64,000 nucleotides of DNA from Candidatus Pacearchaeota archaeon (GCA_017608025.1 JAFCGM010000001.1:78885-142884); one strand, 5' to 3'; shown: positions 39,201-48,630, counted from the stretch's first letter. The notes: generated by a model from the letters alone, not told the origin. Translations and numbers: made by a program.

Positions 39201-40913
39201 TTTTATCTTAACACATCTTCGTGGACTTTAGAGGAATACAATATTTCAGTTTACATAAATGTTACTGACAAGGAGACTTTTGAAAATTCAACTTACATGA
39301 ATGAATTCTTTTTTGAGAAGAATAATATTCCACAAATTGATTTCTGGCAAATTATCTCCACAAATAAGTCAGGCCAGACTTCAACTTACAATAATTCTAA
39401 TTATAATACAAGAATTTATGTTTATGAGAATATCAGCCGAGCAAATTACACAGACAATGCAATTGTTAATTTCTCAGTTTCAGCAAGCGATTTGGATGGA
39501 GATATTTTAACGTATTACTGGATAAAAGACAGTGAGATGCTTAATTACAATGGAACTGATTATCTTCAGAACTTTACTTACTGGTTTAATTCATCCTCAG
39601 CAGGAAACTACACACTTTCAATAATTGCGTCTGACTTGAAGGTAAATTCCACGATAGTTTTGAATCTGAGTGTTGTTGACGAGTATCCTCCAAGCTTTAC
39701 TCAGGAGCTTCCTGATGCAGATGCTGTTTCTGAAAATGGCGGCGAACTTTCGTATAATGTAAGCCAGTATGTAAATAATTTGGATGGAGATATTCTTGAG
39801 TATGATTATGCTATGACAAACGGAGAAGATATTGGATTTAGCATTGGAAGCGACGGAATTCTTGAAGCTACATTCAGTTGCGATGATGCTGGAGATTATG
39901 ATTTGAATATTTCTGTTTCTGATGGCTGGACAAGGATTGTTGACAACATTGACCTTGATGTTGAATCATCAGCTTCATGTGATGAAGGAACAGAAGAAAC
40001 AACTGAAGAACAGCAACAAGAAACAACTCAGCAGACAGATGTGGATTCCGGAGTTTCTTATTCGAGAGCTTATTCCTCTTTAGCTTCTGGTGAAGTGCAG
40101 TCATTTACTGTGAGCAAAACCGGAATTCCTGTGACAAATTTTGTTTTCAAGCCAAGTGCAGATTTGGAAAATGAGAAAATCACTTTCAAAGGTTATGATT
40201 CAAAACCAAGCGCAGTTTCATCTGTTCCAGGCACTGCTTATAAATACTTTAGCATAACTTCGACAGCTTTGGGAGATTATCTTACATATGCGAAAGTTAC
40301 TGTTAAAGTTCCTAAGTCCTGGATTTCAAGCAATAATATTATTGAAGACAGCATTTCAGTTCTTCACAATGCCGGATCTGGATGGGAAAAATTAGATATT
40401 AAGAAAACAAATGAAAATACTGCTAGCATATATTATGAATTTACAGTAGGCTCCTTCTCTTATTTTGCGATTACTGGAAACAAGAAATCTTTAGAATCTG
40501 AAGTTGTAAATGAAACTCTTTCAGCAACACAGGAGACTGAAACTTCAAACATTCCAACAGGAAATTTAACAAAGAATGTTTTAAACTTTTTTGAAGATTA
40601 TATCTTTGTTATTTCTGTTGTTGCAGCGACAATTACAGTTATTGTTGTAATTGCTTTAATTAAAACAGGAGCGATTGGTTTTCTCTTTAAGAAAAAAACA
40701 CAATTAAAACAACCTAAGAAAAAGTCCAATTCAATTCAGATCTTTTTCAAAAGAACAGCAAATTCGCTAAGAGCTTTTTTAGGAAACTTGTTTATTAGTC
40801 TTGCTGTTAAATTTAAGAAAAATCCAGAACGCCTTTCAAGCAGAGACCTAGTTTCAAAAAGAATTATCAACATGCAGAAACAACTAGAGGACCTTAAGAA
40901 AAGGCTTAAATAA
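36264..40913 (+). CDS. Large S8 subtilisin-like surface protease with Ig-like repeats, PGF-pre-PGF-like domain and TM anchor
   Basis: VIDSG, HGTHVAG, GTSMATP triad; many NxS/T sequons; VPKSWI...FSYFAI; C-terminal TM. Confidence 0.9.
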   Translation: MADKKIQISVSIALVLSILFVFSPSFTGFLILEGESEDMQENLVQDMLKISFSDSKIIDWQPTLSENQYISAVGVSGEYSGSGNFQVYLVDRNEEYLLFKSSDLKVSPITGFLVKDNHPVNKNKEKTKEKLIFESEKKEVESVYENSSEEKSETSESEIIIENKINESTIIPEENQTIKEPEENITTKINESYSANQTIVNEEQNQTIEEPKSIELENQTIEHPENETIEEEFAFSFKELYFVEISNTNLKLRIETDGDVNGVISSITYNVKDLPEQIKNETIEQLLVPENQTIQNKEMFEVIIVPKSKEFVLEPVSAHKSDFAIQENNTKFSKHDFVKLDKEVIKELENKGVEVDSVLKEKKVAKNVSMKAAEFKDSVKIIGKYRNTKAVIAEVTADELLALEDNLDIEKVYTTSQTLYHALLQDSVGIINATQTYAIQVNETNITGAGQVVCVIDSGIDYTHPDFWGNYSAINISETFNVTSGYVYYNSTNVSHTIFLINSSALSITENYTIEFSFDNSTWFNDTEKWQPPYYNNTTLYYKINTTLFSANNSIVTISGISVFIAVEPKIIGGYDFSNSDNDVLDDHGHGTHVAGIIAANGGIKGVAPDAKLVIVKVLDSAGGTSSSVFRDGFYYCANYSNTHSENISVISVSIGSDSTYSSYCDNSDTTIFPAIDYTVTTKQIPLIIATGNTNGAETNATSGISSPSCFENVSRVSATDKSLYMAGYAFRHKIFTDIILAPGSSINSTCMNGEYCFKSGTSMATPHVAGVIALMSQSYELSESSKTPAEIEQVLLDSGFSIYDSASGSNYTFVDAYAAVNSAPTIDFWQIRTMNGSRQISIYNNSLGVQQIDAYINNETNSWFDVNASDVNSDTLSYYWILDGTAINSNLANFSGCFEASDEGNHTLNLTVSDSIVNTTIEFNLTVHPDIASSVERYFETGDLINFTFTGSGRNSTAAWYDNSTANISLTEINDTDIFYLNTSSWTLEEYNISVYINVTDKETFENSTYMNEFFFEKNNIPQIDFWQIISTNKSGQTSTYNNSNYNTRIYVYENISRANYTDNAIVNFSVSASDLDGDILTYYWIKDSEMLNYNGTDYLQNFTYWFNSSSAGNYTLSIIASDLKVNSTIVLNLSVVDEYPPSFTQELPDADAVSENGGELSYNVSQYVNNLDGDILEYDYAMTNGEDIGFSIGSDGILEATFSCDDAGDYDLNISVSDGWTRIVDNIDLDVESSASCDEGTEETTEEQQQETTQQTDVDSGVSYSRAYSSLASGEVQSFTVSKTGIPVTNFVFKPSADLENEKITFKGYDSKPSAVSSVPGTAYKYFSITSTALGDYLTYAKVTVKVPKSWISSNNIIEDSISVLHNAGSGWEKLDIKKTNENTASIYYEFTVGSFSYFAITGNKKSLESEVVNETLSATQETETSNIPTGNLTKNVLNFFEDYIFVISVVAATITVIVVIALIKTGAIGFLFKKKTQLKQPKKKSNSIQIFFKRTANSLRAFLGNLFISLAVKFKKNPERLSSRDLVSKRIINMQKQLEDLKKRLK

Positions 40914-41003
40914 ACAAAACCCTTTTAAATCCTTGAAATTAACCAATTATACCCCTGTTAGCTGGAATGTGGGTTTTATACCTGAACCAGAGAAGGTGAT
41001 ATC

Positions 41004-41507
41004 ATGAAAGGACTTTATCAGTATGTAAGAGAGCTTTGGAAAAATCCAAAGAAAAATTTAGGAAAAAAATTTGTAAACAGCAGACTAATTGAATGGCGAA
41101 AACAGCCAGCAATAATTAGAATTGAACGGCCCACAAGAATTGACAGAGCACGCGCTCTTGGATACAAGGCAAAGCAAGGTTATGTTATTGCAAGAGTTAG
41201 GATTAAGAAAGGAACAACAAAAAGACCTGCGGCAAGGAGAAGAGGAAGGCGGCCAAAAAGATATGGTTTAAACAAACTTCCTTTGAAAATCGGAAAGCAA
41301 CAGATTTCTGAGAAAAGAGCTGCAAGAAAGTTTCCAAACCTTGAAGTTCTTAATTCATATTGGGTTGGAGAAGACGGAAAGCAGGAATGGTTTGAGGTAA
41401 TTCTTGTTGACCCTGAGCATCCTGTTATAAAGAATGACAAGAAAATAAATTGGATTTGCGAGCCTCAGCATAGAAAAAGAGTTTTTCGAGGCCTAACAAA
41501 GAAATAA
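41004..41507 (+). CDS. rpl15e: 50S ribosomal protein L15e (short C-terminus)
   Basis: [39 protein letters not shown]. Confidence 0.95.
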   Translation: MKGLYQYVRELWKNPKKNLGKKFVNSRLIEWRKQPAIIRIERPTRIDRARALGYKAKQGYVIARVRIKKGTTKRPAARRRGRRPKRYGLNKLPLKIGKQQISEKRAARKFPNLEVLNSYWVGEDGKQEWFEVILVDPEHPVIKNDKKINWICEPQHRKRVFRGLTKK

Positions 41508-41509
41508 TT

Positions 41510-42097
41510 ATGCAACTGGATATTGTAATTCCGAAGAACAATGAAGAAGAGCTTTACAAAGAGGCTCTTTCAAAAAGCAAGATTCCAGTTTTTCTTTATT
41601 CTTCATTAAAATATGATGATTTGCTTTTGAAATTAAAGAGGCTTGAAACTTTTGAAAAGCACAAAACAGCATATCTTTTTGCTCCGAAAAATCCCTCAAA
41701 TCTTAATTTGGACAAGAGAATACGTAAAAAAGTTGATTATGTTATAGGAACTGCACAGGAATTGAAAACTGTTAGAGCTCTTGCAGAAAAAGGCAAAATT
41801 GATTTTTTAGTTAACATTGAAACTGCTGGTGGAAGAGACCACACACATTATCGGCAAAGTAATTTTAACCAGGTTATTGCACGGATTTGCAAGGAAAACC
41901 AGATTTTTTATGCAATTGACTTTTCAAGAATTCGAAAGGTGGAGGGATTTAAACGAGCTATTCTTCTTGGAAGGATTATGCAGAATGCGAAAATATGTAA
42001 GAAGGAAAAAGTCAAAATTAATGTTTTCAGCTTTGCTGTGAAAGAGCAAGAGCTTTTTAATTCAGATATACTAAGTGCCTTTCAATGTATTCTCTAA
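41510..42097 (+). CDS. rnp3: RNase P subunit Rpp30
   Basis: RDHTHYRQSNFNQV.ARIC.EN, GRIMQN.KICKK; follows rpl15e as in the conserved operon. Confidence 0.8.
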   Translation: MQLDIVIPKNNEEELYKEALSKSKIPVFLYSSLKYDDLLLKLKRLETFEKHKTAYLFAPKNPSNLNLDKRIRKKVDYVIGTAQELKTVRALAEKGKIDFLVNIETAGGRDHTHYRQSNFNQVIARICKENQIFYAIDFSRIRKVEGFKRAILLGRIMQNAKICKKEKVKINVFSFAVKEQELFNSDILSAFQCIL

Positions 42098-42175
42098 TTA
42101 AAGTAAAAAGTAATAAACAACAAGTACGACTACAATAATTGCTGCAACAATTCCAGCAATAACTTTTGCATCCAT
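42098..42175 (-). CDS. 25-aa single-TM micropeptide (below the ORF-track cutoff)
   Basis: MDAKVIAGIVAAIIVVVLVVYYFLL; TTTAAATA about 25 bp upstream. Confidence 0.6.
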   Translation of the reverse strand: MDAKVIAGIVAAIIVVVLVVYYFLL

Positions 42176-42216
42176 GTAAAAAAATAAAAAATAATTATTT
42201 AAATATTTATCTTAAA

Positions 42217-42380
42217 TTAAATGTTTATAACTTCTCCGTTTTTAGGCGCAGCACTTTTTCTTAAAAAGAAAACCTGAATTAAATTCAGGCGCGAATTGAA
42301 ACAAAAGTTCGCTTCTGCACTAAAAGAAATTGTTTTTCAATAAAACTCAAATGTTTATAACTTCTCCGTTTTTAGGCGCA
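42217..42380 (+). repeat. 32-bp direct repeat (last 10 codons of the beta-CASP gene) flanking a family-A element with CT module
   Basis: aaatgtttataacttctccgtttttaggcgca at 42219-42250 and 42349-42380; stop is TAA in one copy and TGA in the other. Confidence 0.9.
42274..42316 (+). mobile_element. CT-bounded two-hairpin micro-module, copy 5
   Basis: CTGAAT-taa-ATTCAG GC GCGAA...TTCGC TTCT; matching empty site on the minus strand at 31130-31167. Confidence 0.75.
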
Positions 42381-43588
42381 ATTGCGTCAATTCCAAACCG
42401 AGACTTCATTTCAACTGCAAATTTCTGAGGATATTCTCCGTGCATGCATATAAGCTTTTTAGGTCTTATTTTTTTTACTAAATTTATTAAGTCTTTTCTT
42501 CCTGCATGGCCTGAAAAGTCAATCTGATGTATTTGCATTTTAAGTTTTAAGTTCATGTTCTCATTTACATAATATCCTGTGTCAACAAGGTAACGTCCAG
42601 CTGTTTTAGGAATCTGAAATCCTGTTAATATAAGAGAAGAGCTTTCATCTGTGTACAGGTGCTTTAGCAAGCTTACAACAGGTCCGCCATCGAGGCAACC
42701 TCCTGTTGTTATTATTGCGCAACCTTTGCTTATTGCTTCCTTCATGTTGTTTTTTGTCATAAGTTCTGCATACTCAAAAGCAGCTTTTAAATCATCAGGG
42801 TTTTTCAAATATTCCTTGTTTTTGAGCATAATTTTAATTGCCTTTACACCCATTCCAGCTATGTATACTGGAAAGGGAAATTTGTATTTTTTAAGAATAA
42901 GTATTAATTCAGGCATTCTAAGAGCAAAAGCAGGTATTACTGCAACACCGCCTCTTTGAATTGTTTCTTTTGCTACTTTTACAAGTTTTTTCTCGTTTTC
43001 AATTCTTGGAGAATGGTCTCTGCTTGAGTATGTTGTTTCCATGAACATTATGTCAATCTTTTCTTTTGGCATATCCAAGCCATTAATTAATTCCCGGTCT
43101 ATTGTGTTTATATCTCCAGTATATAGAATATTCTTTCCTTGTGTTTTTATTAAGTACATTGCGCTTCCAGGTAAGTGTCCTGAATCAATAACTTTCACTA
43201 TTGATTCTTTTAGTTTTATTTTGTCATTGTATTTTATTTTCTTACAATTTCTTGAAAAGGCCTTAATTTGATTTTCATTAAACAATGGCCGAATGTTTCG
43301 GAGTTTTGCAACCTTAAGACTGTCTTTTAAAATAAGCATCCCAAGATCTTTAGTCATTGATGTGAGAAATGTTTTTGGATTTGATCTTTTGTAAAAAGAA
43401 GGCACTACACCAATATGGTCAAGGTGAGCGTGGGTTACGAAGATGTTTTTTGGAGCTGATGTTGGCTTCAAAGGCGGCAAATGTTCCTCAACATTAAGAC
43501 CATATTCAAGTAGAATTTTGTCCTTGTTGTTGATGAAAACTGCGTTTCTTCCTACTTCTCTAAATCCACCTAAGCATTCTATTTTCAT
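42347..43588 (-). CDS. MBL-fold beta-CASP ribonuclease
   Basis: LGGFREVGR, THAHLDH, GHLPGS, YTGD, METTY, FSGHAG, HGE. Confidence 0.92.
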   Translation of the reverse strand: MKIECLGGFREVGRNAVFINNKDKILLEYGLNVEEHLPPLKPTSAPKNIFVTHAHLDHIGVVPSFYKRSNPKTFLTSMTKDLGMLILKDSLKVAKLRNIRPLFNENQIKAFSRNCKKIKYNDKIKLKESIVKVIDSGHLPGSAMYLIKTQGKNILYTGDINTIDRELINGLDMPKEKIDIMFMETTYSSRDHSPRIENEKKLVKVAKETIQRGGVAVIPAFALRMPELILILKKYKFPFPVYIAGMGVKAIKIMLKNKEYLKNPDDLKAAFEYAELMTKNNMKEAISKGCAIITTGGCLDGGPVVSLLKHLYTDESSSLILTGFQIPKTAGRYLVDTGYYVNENMNLKLKMQIHQIDFSGHAGRKDLINLVKKIRPKKLICMHGEYPQKFAVEMKSRFGIDAIAPKNGEVINI

Positions 43589-43752
43589 TTTTTCTTCTTT
43601 AGTTCCACGCCAAGTTTTTTAAGTTCTTCAGAATGTGCACTTATTAAGTTGTCAATAATTTGAATAATCTTAACCATTTCTTCTCTTTCCTTAAGAAGAG
43701 TTGAAATAGAACCTTTGTGAAATCCTATTTTTTCATGTTTATTTATATCCAT
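43585..43752 (-). CDS. 55-aa coiled-coil protein (below the ORF-track cutoff)
   Basis: MDINKHEKIGFHKGSISTLLKEREEM...ELKKLGVELKEEK; ATGA overlap with the beta-CASP start. Confidence 0.75.
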   Translation of the reverse strand: MDINKHEKIGFHKGSISTLLKEREEMVKIIQIIDNLISAHSEELKKLGVELKKKK

Positions 43753-43800
43753 AATAACAATATCTTTTGCGTTTGCTTGTATTTAAAGATTTTGAGAAAG

Positions 43801-44391
43801 CTATTCAAAATCCTCTACTTTTAGGGAAGTTCCTTTTGTTGATTTCTTGTTGATCTTTAAATATTCATTTGTCAAAATCCAGAAAATTAAGGCAAGTGAT
43901 TTTGAACCTTTGTTGTTGCAAGGAATTGCCAAATCAACATTATTCAAAGTATTATTTGAGTCGCACAGAGCTACAACAGTTATTCCTTTTTTTACAGCGT
44001 CAGTTATTGCGTTTTTGTCAATCCACGGGTCTGAAACAATTACAAGTTTTGGTTCTATGAAGTTCTTCAGTTCTGGATTGGTCATAACTCCGGCAGGATA
44101 TCTTCCTGAATAATATTTTGCTCCAATTGTCTCTGCAAAGGCTTTTACAGCTTTCCAAGAATTTTCCCTTCTGCCGATAACCAGAATGTCTTTAGGATTA
44201 TATTTTGAGATGAACTTTGATGCATATGCAAGGCGTTCATCAATTTTCTGAACATTAAGAATTGAAAGTCCTTTTGGGTTTACTTTGTAGATAAAAGGTT
44301 TCATGTCCTTTGTTTTGAATTTTGTTCCAATGTGCACTCCTGCAGACAAATAATCTTCTGCTGGTACAAGTGTTTTATTTTTTGAAGCCAT
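43801..44391 (-). CDS. rps2: 30S ribosomal protein S2
   Basis: YLSAGVHIGTK, DLAIPCNNKG.KSLALIFW. Confidence 0.95.
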   Translation of the reverse strand: MASKNKTLVPAEDYLSAGVHIGTKFKTKDMKPFIYKVNPKGLSILNVQKIDERLAYASKFISKYNPKDILVIGRRENSWKAVKAFAETIGAKYYSGRYPAGVMTNPELKNFIEPKLVIVSDPWIDKNAITDAVKKGITVVALCDSNNTLNNVDLAIPCNNKGSKSLALIFWILTNEYLKINKKSTKGTSLKVEDFE

Positions 44392-44392
44392 T

Positions 44393-44572
44393 TTACTTTA
44401 ATGAAGGCGTTGGCCTTTTTATTGTAATTGGAAGAACTCCTTTTTCAAGTTCTTGTTCAGATATTTTTACAGTATCTTTTTCCTTTGTCTTTATGAGCAA
44501 AGGTGCTCCCATTGCAAGTTGCAGTGCTCTTGCACCGATGATTCTTGCGAGTTCAAACTTTGTGTATTTCAT
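44393..44572 (-). CDS. rpoK: RNA polymerase subunit Rpo6 (RpoK), 59 aa (below the ORF-track cutoff)
   Basis: MKYTKFELARIIGARALQLAMGAP...ELEKGVLPITIKR. Confidence 0.95.
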   Translation of the reverse strand: MKYTKFELARIIGARALQLAMGAPLLIKTKEKDTVKISEQELEKGVLPITIKRPTPSLK

Positions 44573-44610
44573 TTTGAATACTCTTTAGTGTCCCTATTTA
44601 AATGTTTCGC

Positions 44611-44643
44611 TGCCTTTTTCGAAAAAAGGCAAGTTGCCAAAGA
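44611..44643 (+). repeat. Family-A-like hairpin
   Basis: tgcctttttcgaaaaaaggca perfect stem between rrp42 and rpoK. Confidence 0.55.
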
Positions 44644-44673
44644 GCTTGGTTTTGGGATGAGGTAAAGCCCCAT

Positions 44674-45471
44674 CTAATTCTTTTTTATTATTTTCAATTT
44701 TTCTTTCTCCAGCTTTATTGCTGAGTCAATAATGTTGTAAATTTCTTCTTCTTTGAAAAATCCTTCTTTGCTTTTTTGAATTGCACAGATTTCGCCATTT
44801 GCTATTGCAATATGCATTTCTGCGTCAGCAACAGTTTCCTCTTCTTTTGTCGGATCTAATATTATTTCATTTCCAATTTTTGCAAAAGTAGTCATAATTG
44901 GCGTAACTTTGTCATTCAATGCTATTTTGTTTTTTGTTTTTTCCTTATGATTTACTTTATCTTCTTTTTTGTCGTATTTTGGAAACAATGCTGTCCTTAG
45001 TGCTGTAACTGCTCCGAGTTGGCAAGCATCAAATAAGTTTCCGTCATTGTTTAATATTACTGCGTCAATGAAAACCATCCAAACTTTCTCGTCTTTTTTA
45101 ATACAAAGCTTTTTTGTGTCTAAGAATTTTGACTCGCGGATTGCGCGGTCAACAACCCTTGAAAGTTCTATTGCATCTTCTCTTGGAGGACCTGGCTCAA
45201 ATTCATAGTCGGCAATAGGAGTCATTTCAGCGCTTACAATAAGCGTGCCTTCTTCTCCAGAATCTGGGAAAGGCTCTCCTACATCAAGCTTTACTCCAAC
45301 AATAACTTCAGTTTCACCGATTCTGATTCTTGCAGAGCCGTTTGCTGCGGAAATATAGTCTGTTTCAATTTTTATTTCCCGAATTTCATCTTTTTTTCTG
45401 CCATCAATTCTTATATTTTTCTTTAAAAGCTCTTCAATATGCTTTCTTAATGCAGTATATTCTTTTTCCAT
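44674..45471 (-). CDS. rrp42: Exosome subunit Rrp42
   Basis: RIDGR, ANGSA, FEPGPP...IELSRVVDRAIRES, DGNLFDA. Confidence 0.95.
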   Translation of the reverse strand: MEKEYTALRKHIEELLKKNIRIDGRKKDEIREIKIETDYISAANGSARIRIGETEVIVGVKLDVGEPFPDSGEEGTLIVSAEMTPIADYEFEPGPPREDAIELSRVVDRAIRESKFLDTKKLCIKKDEKVWMVFIDAVILNNDGNLFDACQLGAVTALRTALFPKYDKKEDKVNHKEKTKNKIALNDKVTPIMTTFAKIGNEIILDPTKEEETVADAEMHIAIANGEICAIQKSKEGFFKEEEIYNIIDSAIKLEKEKLKIIKKN

Positions 45472-46202
45472 TATTCTGCACCCCCTTGCTCTTTAAATCT
45501 TTTTACAATCGCTTTTTTCTGCATTTTGTAAAGTTCCTTACATCCTTTTTTGCAAAGTTCCATTGCTTCTTTAAATTCCTTTTTGGTAAGATTTCCGTCA
45601 AATTGCATTAGAGTTATTTTTTCGTTTCGAGGCATTATTGCTATTGGCAAATCTCCCTCTCCGAAATTGTCTTCTGGCTGAAACAAATCCAAAGCGATTT
45701 TTCCGTTTATTTTTCCTGCTGCAATTGAAGTTACTAAATCCTTCATTTCAATTCCAGCATCAGCCAAAGCAATAGATGCAGCGTTTATTGCAGCTGTTCT
45801 TGTTCCTGCGTTTGCATTTATAACTTCAACAAAAACATCAATCTTTGCATTCGGGTATTTTTCAAGGATTATTGCTTCTGAAAGGGCGTTTTTCATAACC
45901 ATTGAAATTTCCTTGCTTCTTCTTGATGGTCCTGGTCTGTTTCTTTCAGTTGTTGCAAATGAATCCATAGTGTAAATTACATTCAAATACGCTTTTGTGC
46001 TGTCCTGCAATCTCCTAGGATGCATTTTTCTAGGTCCATAAACTCCTGCAATTGCTATTGTATCTCCGATTTTGAATTCAGCAGAACCATCTGCAGAAGG
46101 AATTACTCCAGATTTTATGGAAATTGGCCGCATTTCATTTAGTTTTCTTCCATCAAGCCTTTTTCCATTTACAATTAGTTTTTCATTTCCTGAACCTGCC
46201 AT
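45471..46202 (-). CDS. rrp41: Exosome subunit Rrp41
   Basis: RLDGR, ADGSA, VYGPR, GPSRRSKEIS, AGTRTA, ED..GEGD. Confidence 0.95.
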   Translation of the reverse strand: MAGSGNEKLIVNGKRLDGRKLNEMRPISIKSGVIPSADGSAEFKIGDTIAIAGVYGPRKMHPRRLQDSTKAYLNVIYTMDSFATTERNRPGPSRRSKEISMVMKNALSEAIILEKYPNAKIDVFVEVINANAGTRTAAINAASIALADAGIEMKDLVTSIAAGKINGKIALDLFQPEDNFGEGDLPIAIMPRNEKITLMQFDGNLTKKEFKEAMELCKKGCKELYKMQKKAIVKRFKEQGGAE

Positions 46203-46323
46203 TATTCCTTCACCGTCCTTCCACTAAAGGGACCTATAAAAGTGCTATTTTCGGAAACAAAGTTTCCTCGATAACACATAACTTCTTTTGAGTTTATCTT
46301 TTTAGATGTGTTTTTTGTGTATA

Positions 46324-47013
46324 TCATTTTTTCACCTCTGTCAGCAATTCTTTTACTTTGTCAGTCAAGCCGTGTGTGTGTGATTTTTCTTCAATAAGCT
46401 TTATGGCTTTTGACAAGGCAACTATTTTTTCTGCGTCGCCCTTAACCCATACCCAGCCGTTCTGGCCTACAATTATCTGACATTTTGAGTATTCTTTAAG
46501 CACTTTTATCATGCTTCCCTGCTTTCCAATTATTCTTGGAATTTTTGAAGGGGAAACTTCAATTGTTATTCCGCCAGAAAGTTTCTGGTAAGGTCGGTTT
46601 TTCATGCTCAGTTTAACATATCCCTGCTTGCTTACATCGTAGATTTCTGCGAAAACATACTCTCCGACATCAATCATTTTTGTAAGAGGAACTCTTTTGT
46701 CAACTCTTCTAGCAAATGCGTCAAGCACATTTAGCTCTGCTTCAAACGGACTTTTTATTTCAACATTCCATCCGTATTTTGAGACATCTGTTACTTTTCC
46801 AATTACAGCATCTCTTTGTTTTGGCACATATCTTCCAGATAAGGGAATTACTTTTATTACATGCCCTTTGACATTAATTAGTCCCAAGCTTGTGGAAATA
46901 ATTTTATTGTCTTCTCTTATAGCATTTCCAGAAGGGAGAAAATCCATTCCTTCAGCTAGTATATCTCCAGGAACCACAATGTCTCCGTGCTTTACATTTA
47001 TTTTTTCTGTCAT
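46324..47013 (-). CDS. rrp4: Exosome subunit Rrp4
   Basis: VVPGD, S1 and KH domains (KIPRIIGKQGSM, VGQNGWVW); GGAGTGA SD before ATG 47013. Confidence 0.95.
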   Translation of the reverse strand: MTEKINVKHGDIVVPGDILAEGMDFLPSGNAIREDNKIISTSLGLINVKGHVIKVIPLSGRYVPKQRDAVIGKVTDVSKYGWNVEIKSPFEAELNVLDAFARRVDKRVPLTKMIDVGEYVFAEIYDVSKQGYVKLSMKNRPYQKLSGGITIEVSPSKIPRIIGKQGSMIKVLKEYSKCQIIVGQNGWVWVKGDAEKIVALSKAIKLIEEKSHTHGLTDKVKELLTEVKK

Positions 47014-47086
47014 TTTATTTTCACTCCTTTTGAATATTAGTTTCAATTTCTGCTTTGTAAGATATTGTTTTTCTATTTTTCTTCTT

Positions 47087-47803
47087 CTATTCTTCTATTT
47101 GTGCTGTTCCATTAGTGAGTTTGTTTACTAATGAAAACAAGTCCTGCTTTTCACCACTAACAATATCCAGCTCAAAATATACAGAACCGTCATTTTTCCA
47201 CGATTCTGAGGACAAAGAATATTTTCTTTTTACTGCACTATATGTTTTTGCAGCGTGCTCCTGAGGTATTGTGATTTTTAAATGGAGCTTCTCAAAAGAT
47301 ATTGGGAGAACTGTTTTTATTTTTTCAATAACTCTTTTGAGAATATAATCAAAGTTCTCTTCTGGATTTATGCTGATTTTAGCTTCTTCAAGCGCATTTT
47401 CTATCCTCTGAACTGGATGAGGTAGCTTTGTCTTTGGGTCAAAGCCGTTTCGATGGATATAAGCGATTATTTTTCTTTTCTTTGCTTCATTTATTTTATC
47501 TCTTTGTTCTGAAGTAAGGTTGATTTCACCTTCCTTGATAATTGTTTCTGCGACTTTTAGAGGGTTGCTTGTTTCAAAAACTTTTTCTAAATCATCTTCA
47601 GAAGCTAAATTTCCTTTTTTTGCATCAAAGAATATATGTTCTGAGCGAATAATTTCATCTATTTTCTCTTCCTTTCCCTGCCTTAAATTAAAGGCTTTTT
47701 CAACATCTTTTAAGACAACTTCAAATGTTTCTCCATGCTTTTTCAGCCGAGCAAGGTTCATATGAAGTTTTTCTTTTGGAAATATGTTTTGCTGAATATT
47801 CAT
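47087..47803 (-). CDS. Ribosome maturation factor SBDS/Sdo1
   Basis: ARLKKHGETFEV, DPKTKLPHP..RIENALEEA. Confidence 0.95.
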   Translation of the reverse strand: MNIQQNIFPKEKLHMNLARLKKHGETFEVVLKDVEKAFNLRQGKEEKIDEIIRSEHIFFDAKKGNLASEDDLEKVFETSNPLKVAETIIKEGEINLTSEQRDKINEAKKRKIIAYIHRNGFDPKTKLPHPVQRIENALEEAKISINPEENFDYILKRVIEKIKTVLPISFEKLHLKITIPQEHAAKTYSAVKRKYSLSSESWKNDGSVYFELDIVSGEKQDLFSLVNKLTNGTAQIEE

Positions 47804-48510
47804 TTTGCCAGTTTTCTTTTAATTTCACCTTCAGAAAGAGTATTAGTTCCTGCTTTTGAGGAAGTTACTACTTCTAGTTTTTTCATGCTGAAATTCTTTG
47901 ACTGGATTCTCTTAAAAATTTTGACTCCAAGAGTTATTGCTTCCTCTTCAGTCATATTTTCTTTCCAGTCTTTCTCAAGCATTTTGTTAGCTTCATCGCT
48001 TTTTTGGCCAATTGCCTTGGCTTTGTATTCAAAGTAGCTTCCGCTTGGTTCAGTCAGGAAAATTGAAGGTTTTTTTCCTACTCCTGCGATTATGAATGAT
48101 ATTCCGAACGGCCTTGCGCCGCCGTACTGAGTGTAAGCCTGCTTAATGTCTGCAATGTATTTTACAATGCTTTCAACTTCAATATCTTCTCCGTAAGTTA
48201 CTTTGTGCTGCTGAGCACGAACTCTTGCTTTTTTAACAAGAATTCTTGCGTCGCTCATGAAACCAGACGATGCTGCAATGATGCAATCATCTATTTTGAA
48301 AACTTTGCTTACAGAATCCTGCATAAGAAGCTTGTCTGTTCTATATCTATCAGCAATAATGACAACACAGTCTTTTGCTGCGATTCCGATTACAGTTGCG
48401 CCTAGAGAAACTGCTTTTTTAGCATATTCAACTTGAAGAAGTCGTCCATCTGGACTGAACATAGTAATTGCTCGGTCATATCCCATTGCTTGGTTTGGCA
48501 TAAATTGCAT
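47800..48510 (-). CDS. psmA: Proteasome alpha subunit
   Basis: GYDRAITMFSPDGRLLQVEYA, YTQYGGARPFG. Confidence 0.97.
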   Translation of the reverse strand: MQFMPNQAMGYDRAITMFSPDGRLLQVEYAKKAVSLGATVIGIAAKDCVVIIADRYRTDKLLMQDSVSKVFKIDDCIIAASSGFMSDARILVKKARVRAQQHKVTYGEDIEVESIVKYIADIKQAYTQYGGARPFGISFIIAGVGKKPSIFLTEPSGSYFEYKAKAIGQKSDEANKMLEKDWKENMTEEEAITLGVKIFKRIQSKNFSMKKLEVVTSSKAGTNTLSEGEIKRKLAK

Positions 48511-48523
48511 TTTAATTTCACTC

Positions 48524-48630
48524 CTTTTTTGCAGAAGCTTTTTCTAAAAGCTTCATTTTACTTTGACCTTATTTAGAAGGCCTGAAGTTTTTAATGGAAT
48601 CCCTTTCAAAAAGGTCTTCCAACCCCAAAC
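48524..48630. repeat. Two family-A hairpins around a diverged second copy of the Pop5 C-terminus (48553-48594)
   Basis: Minus strand 48594-48553 reads LKTSGLLNKVKVK-stop; the gene ends LKTSGVINKLK-stop. Confidence 0.65.

Noticed and set aside
42217-42380. DGR template/variable repeat pairs
   Set aside because: No reverse transcriptase in the window, the repeats are short, and mismatches across loci are not adenine-specific.
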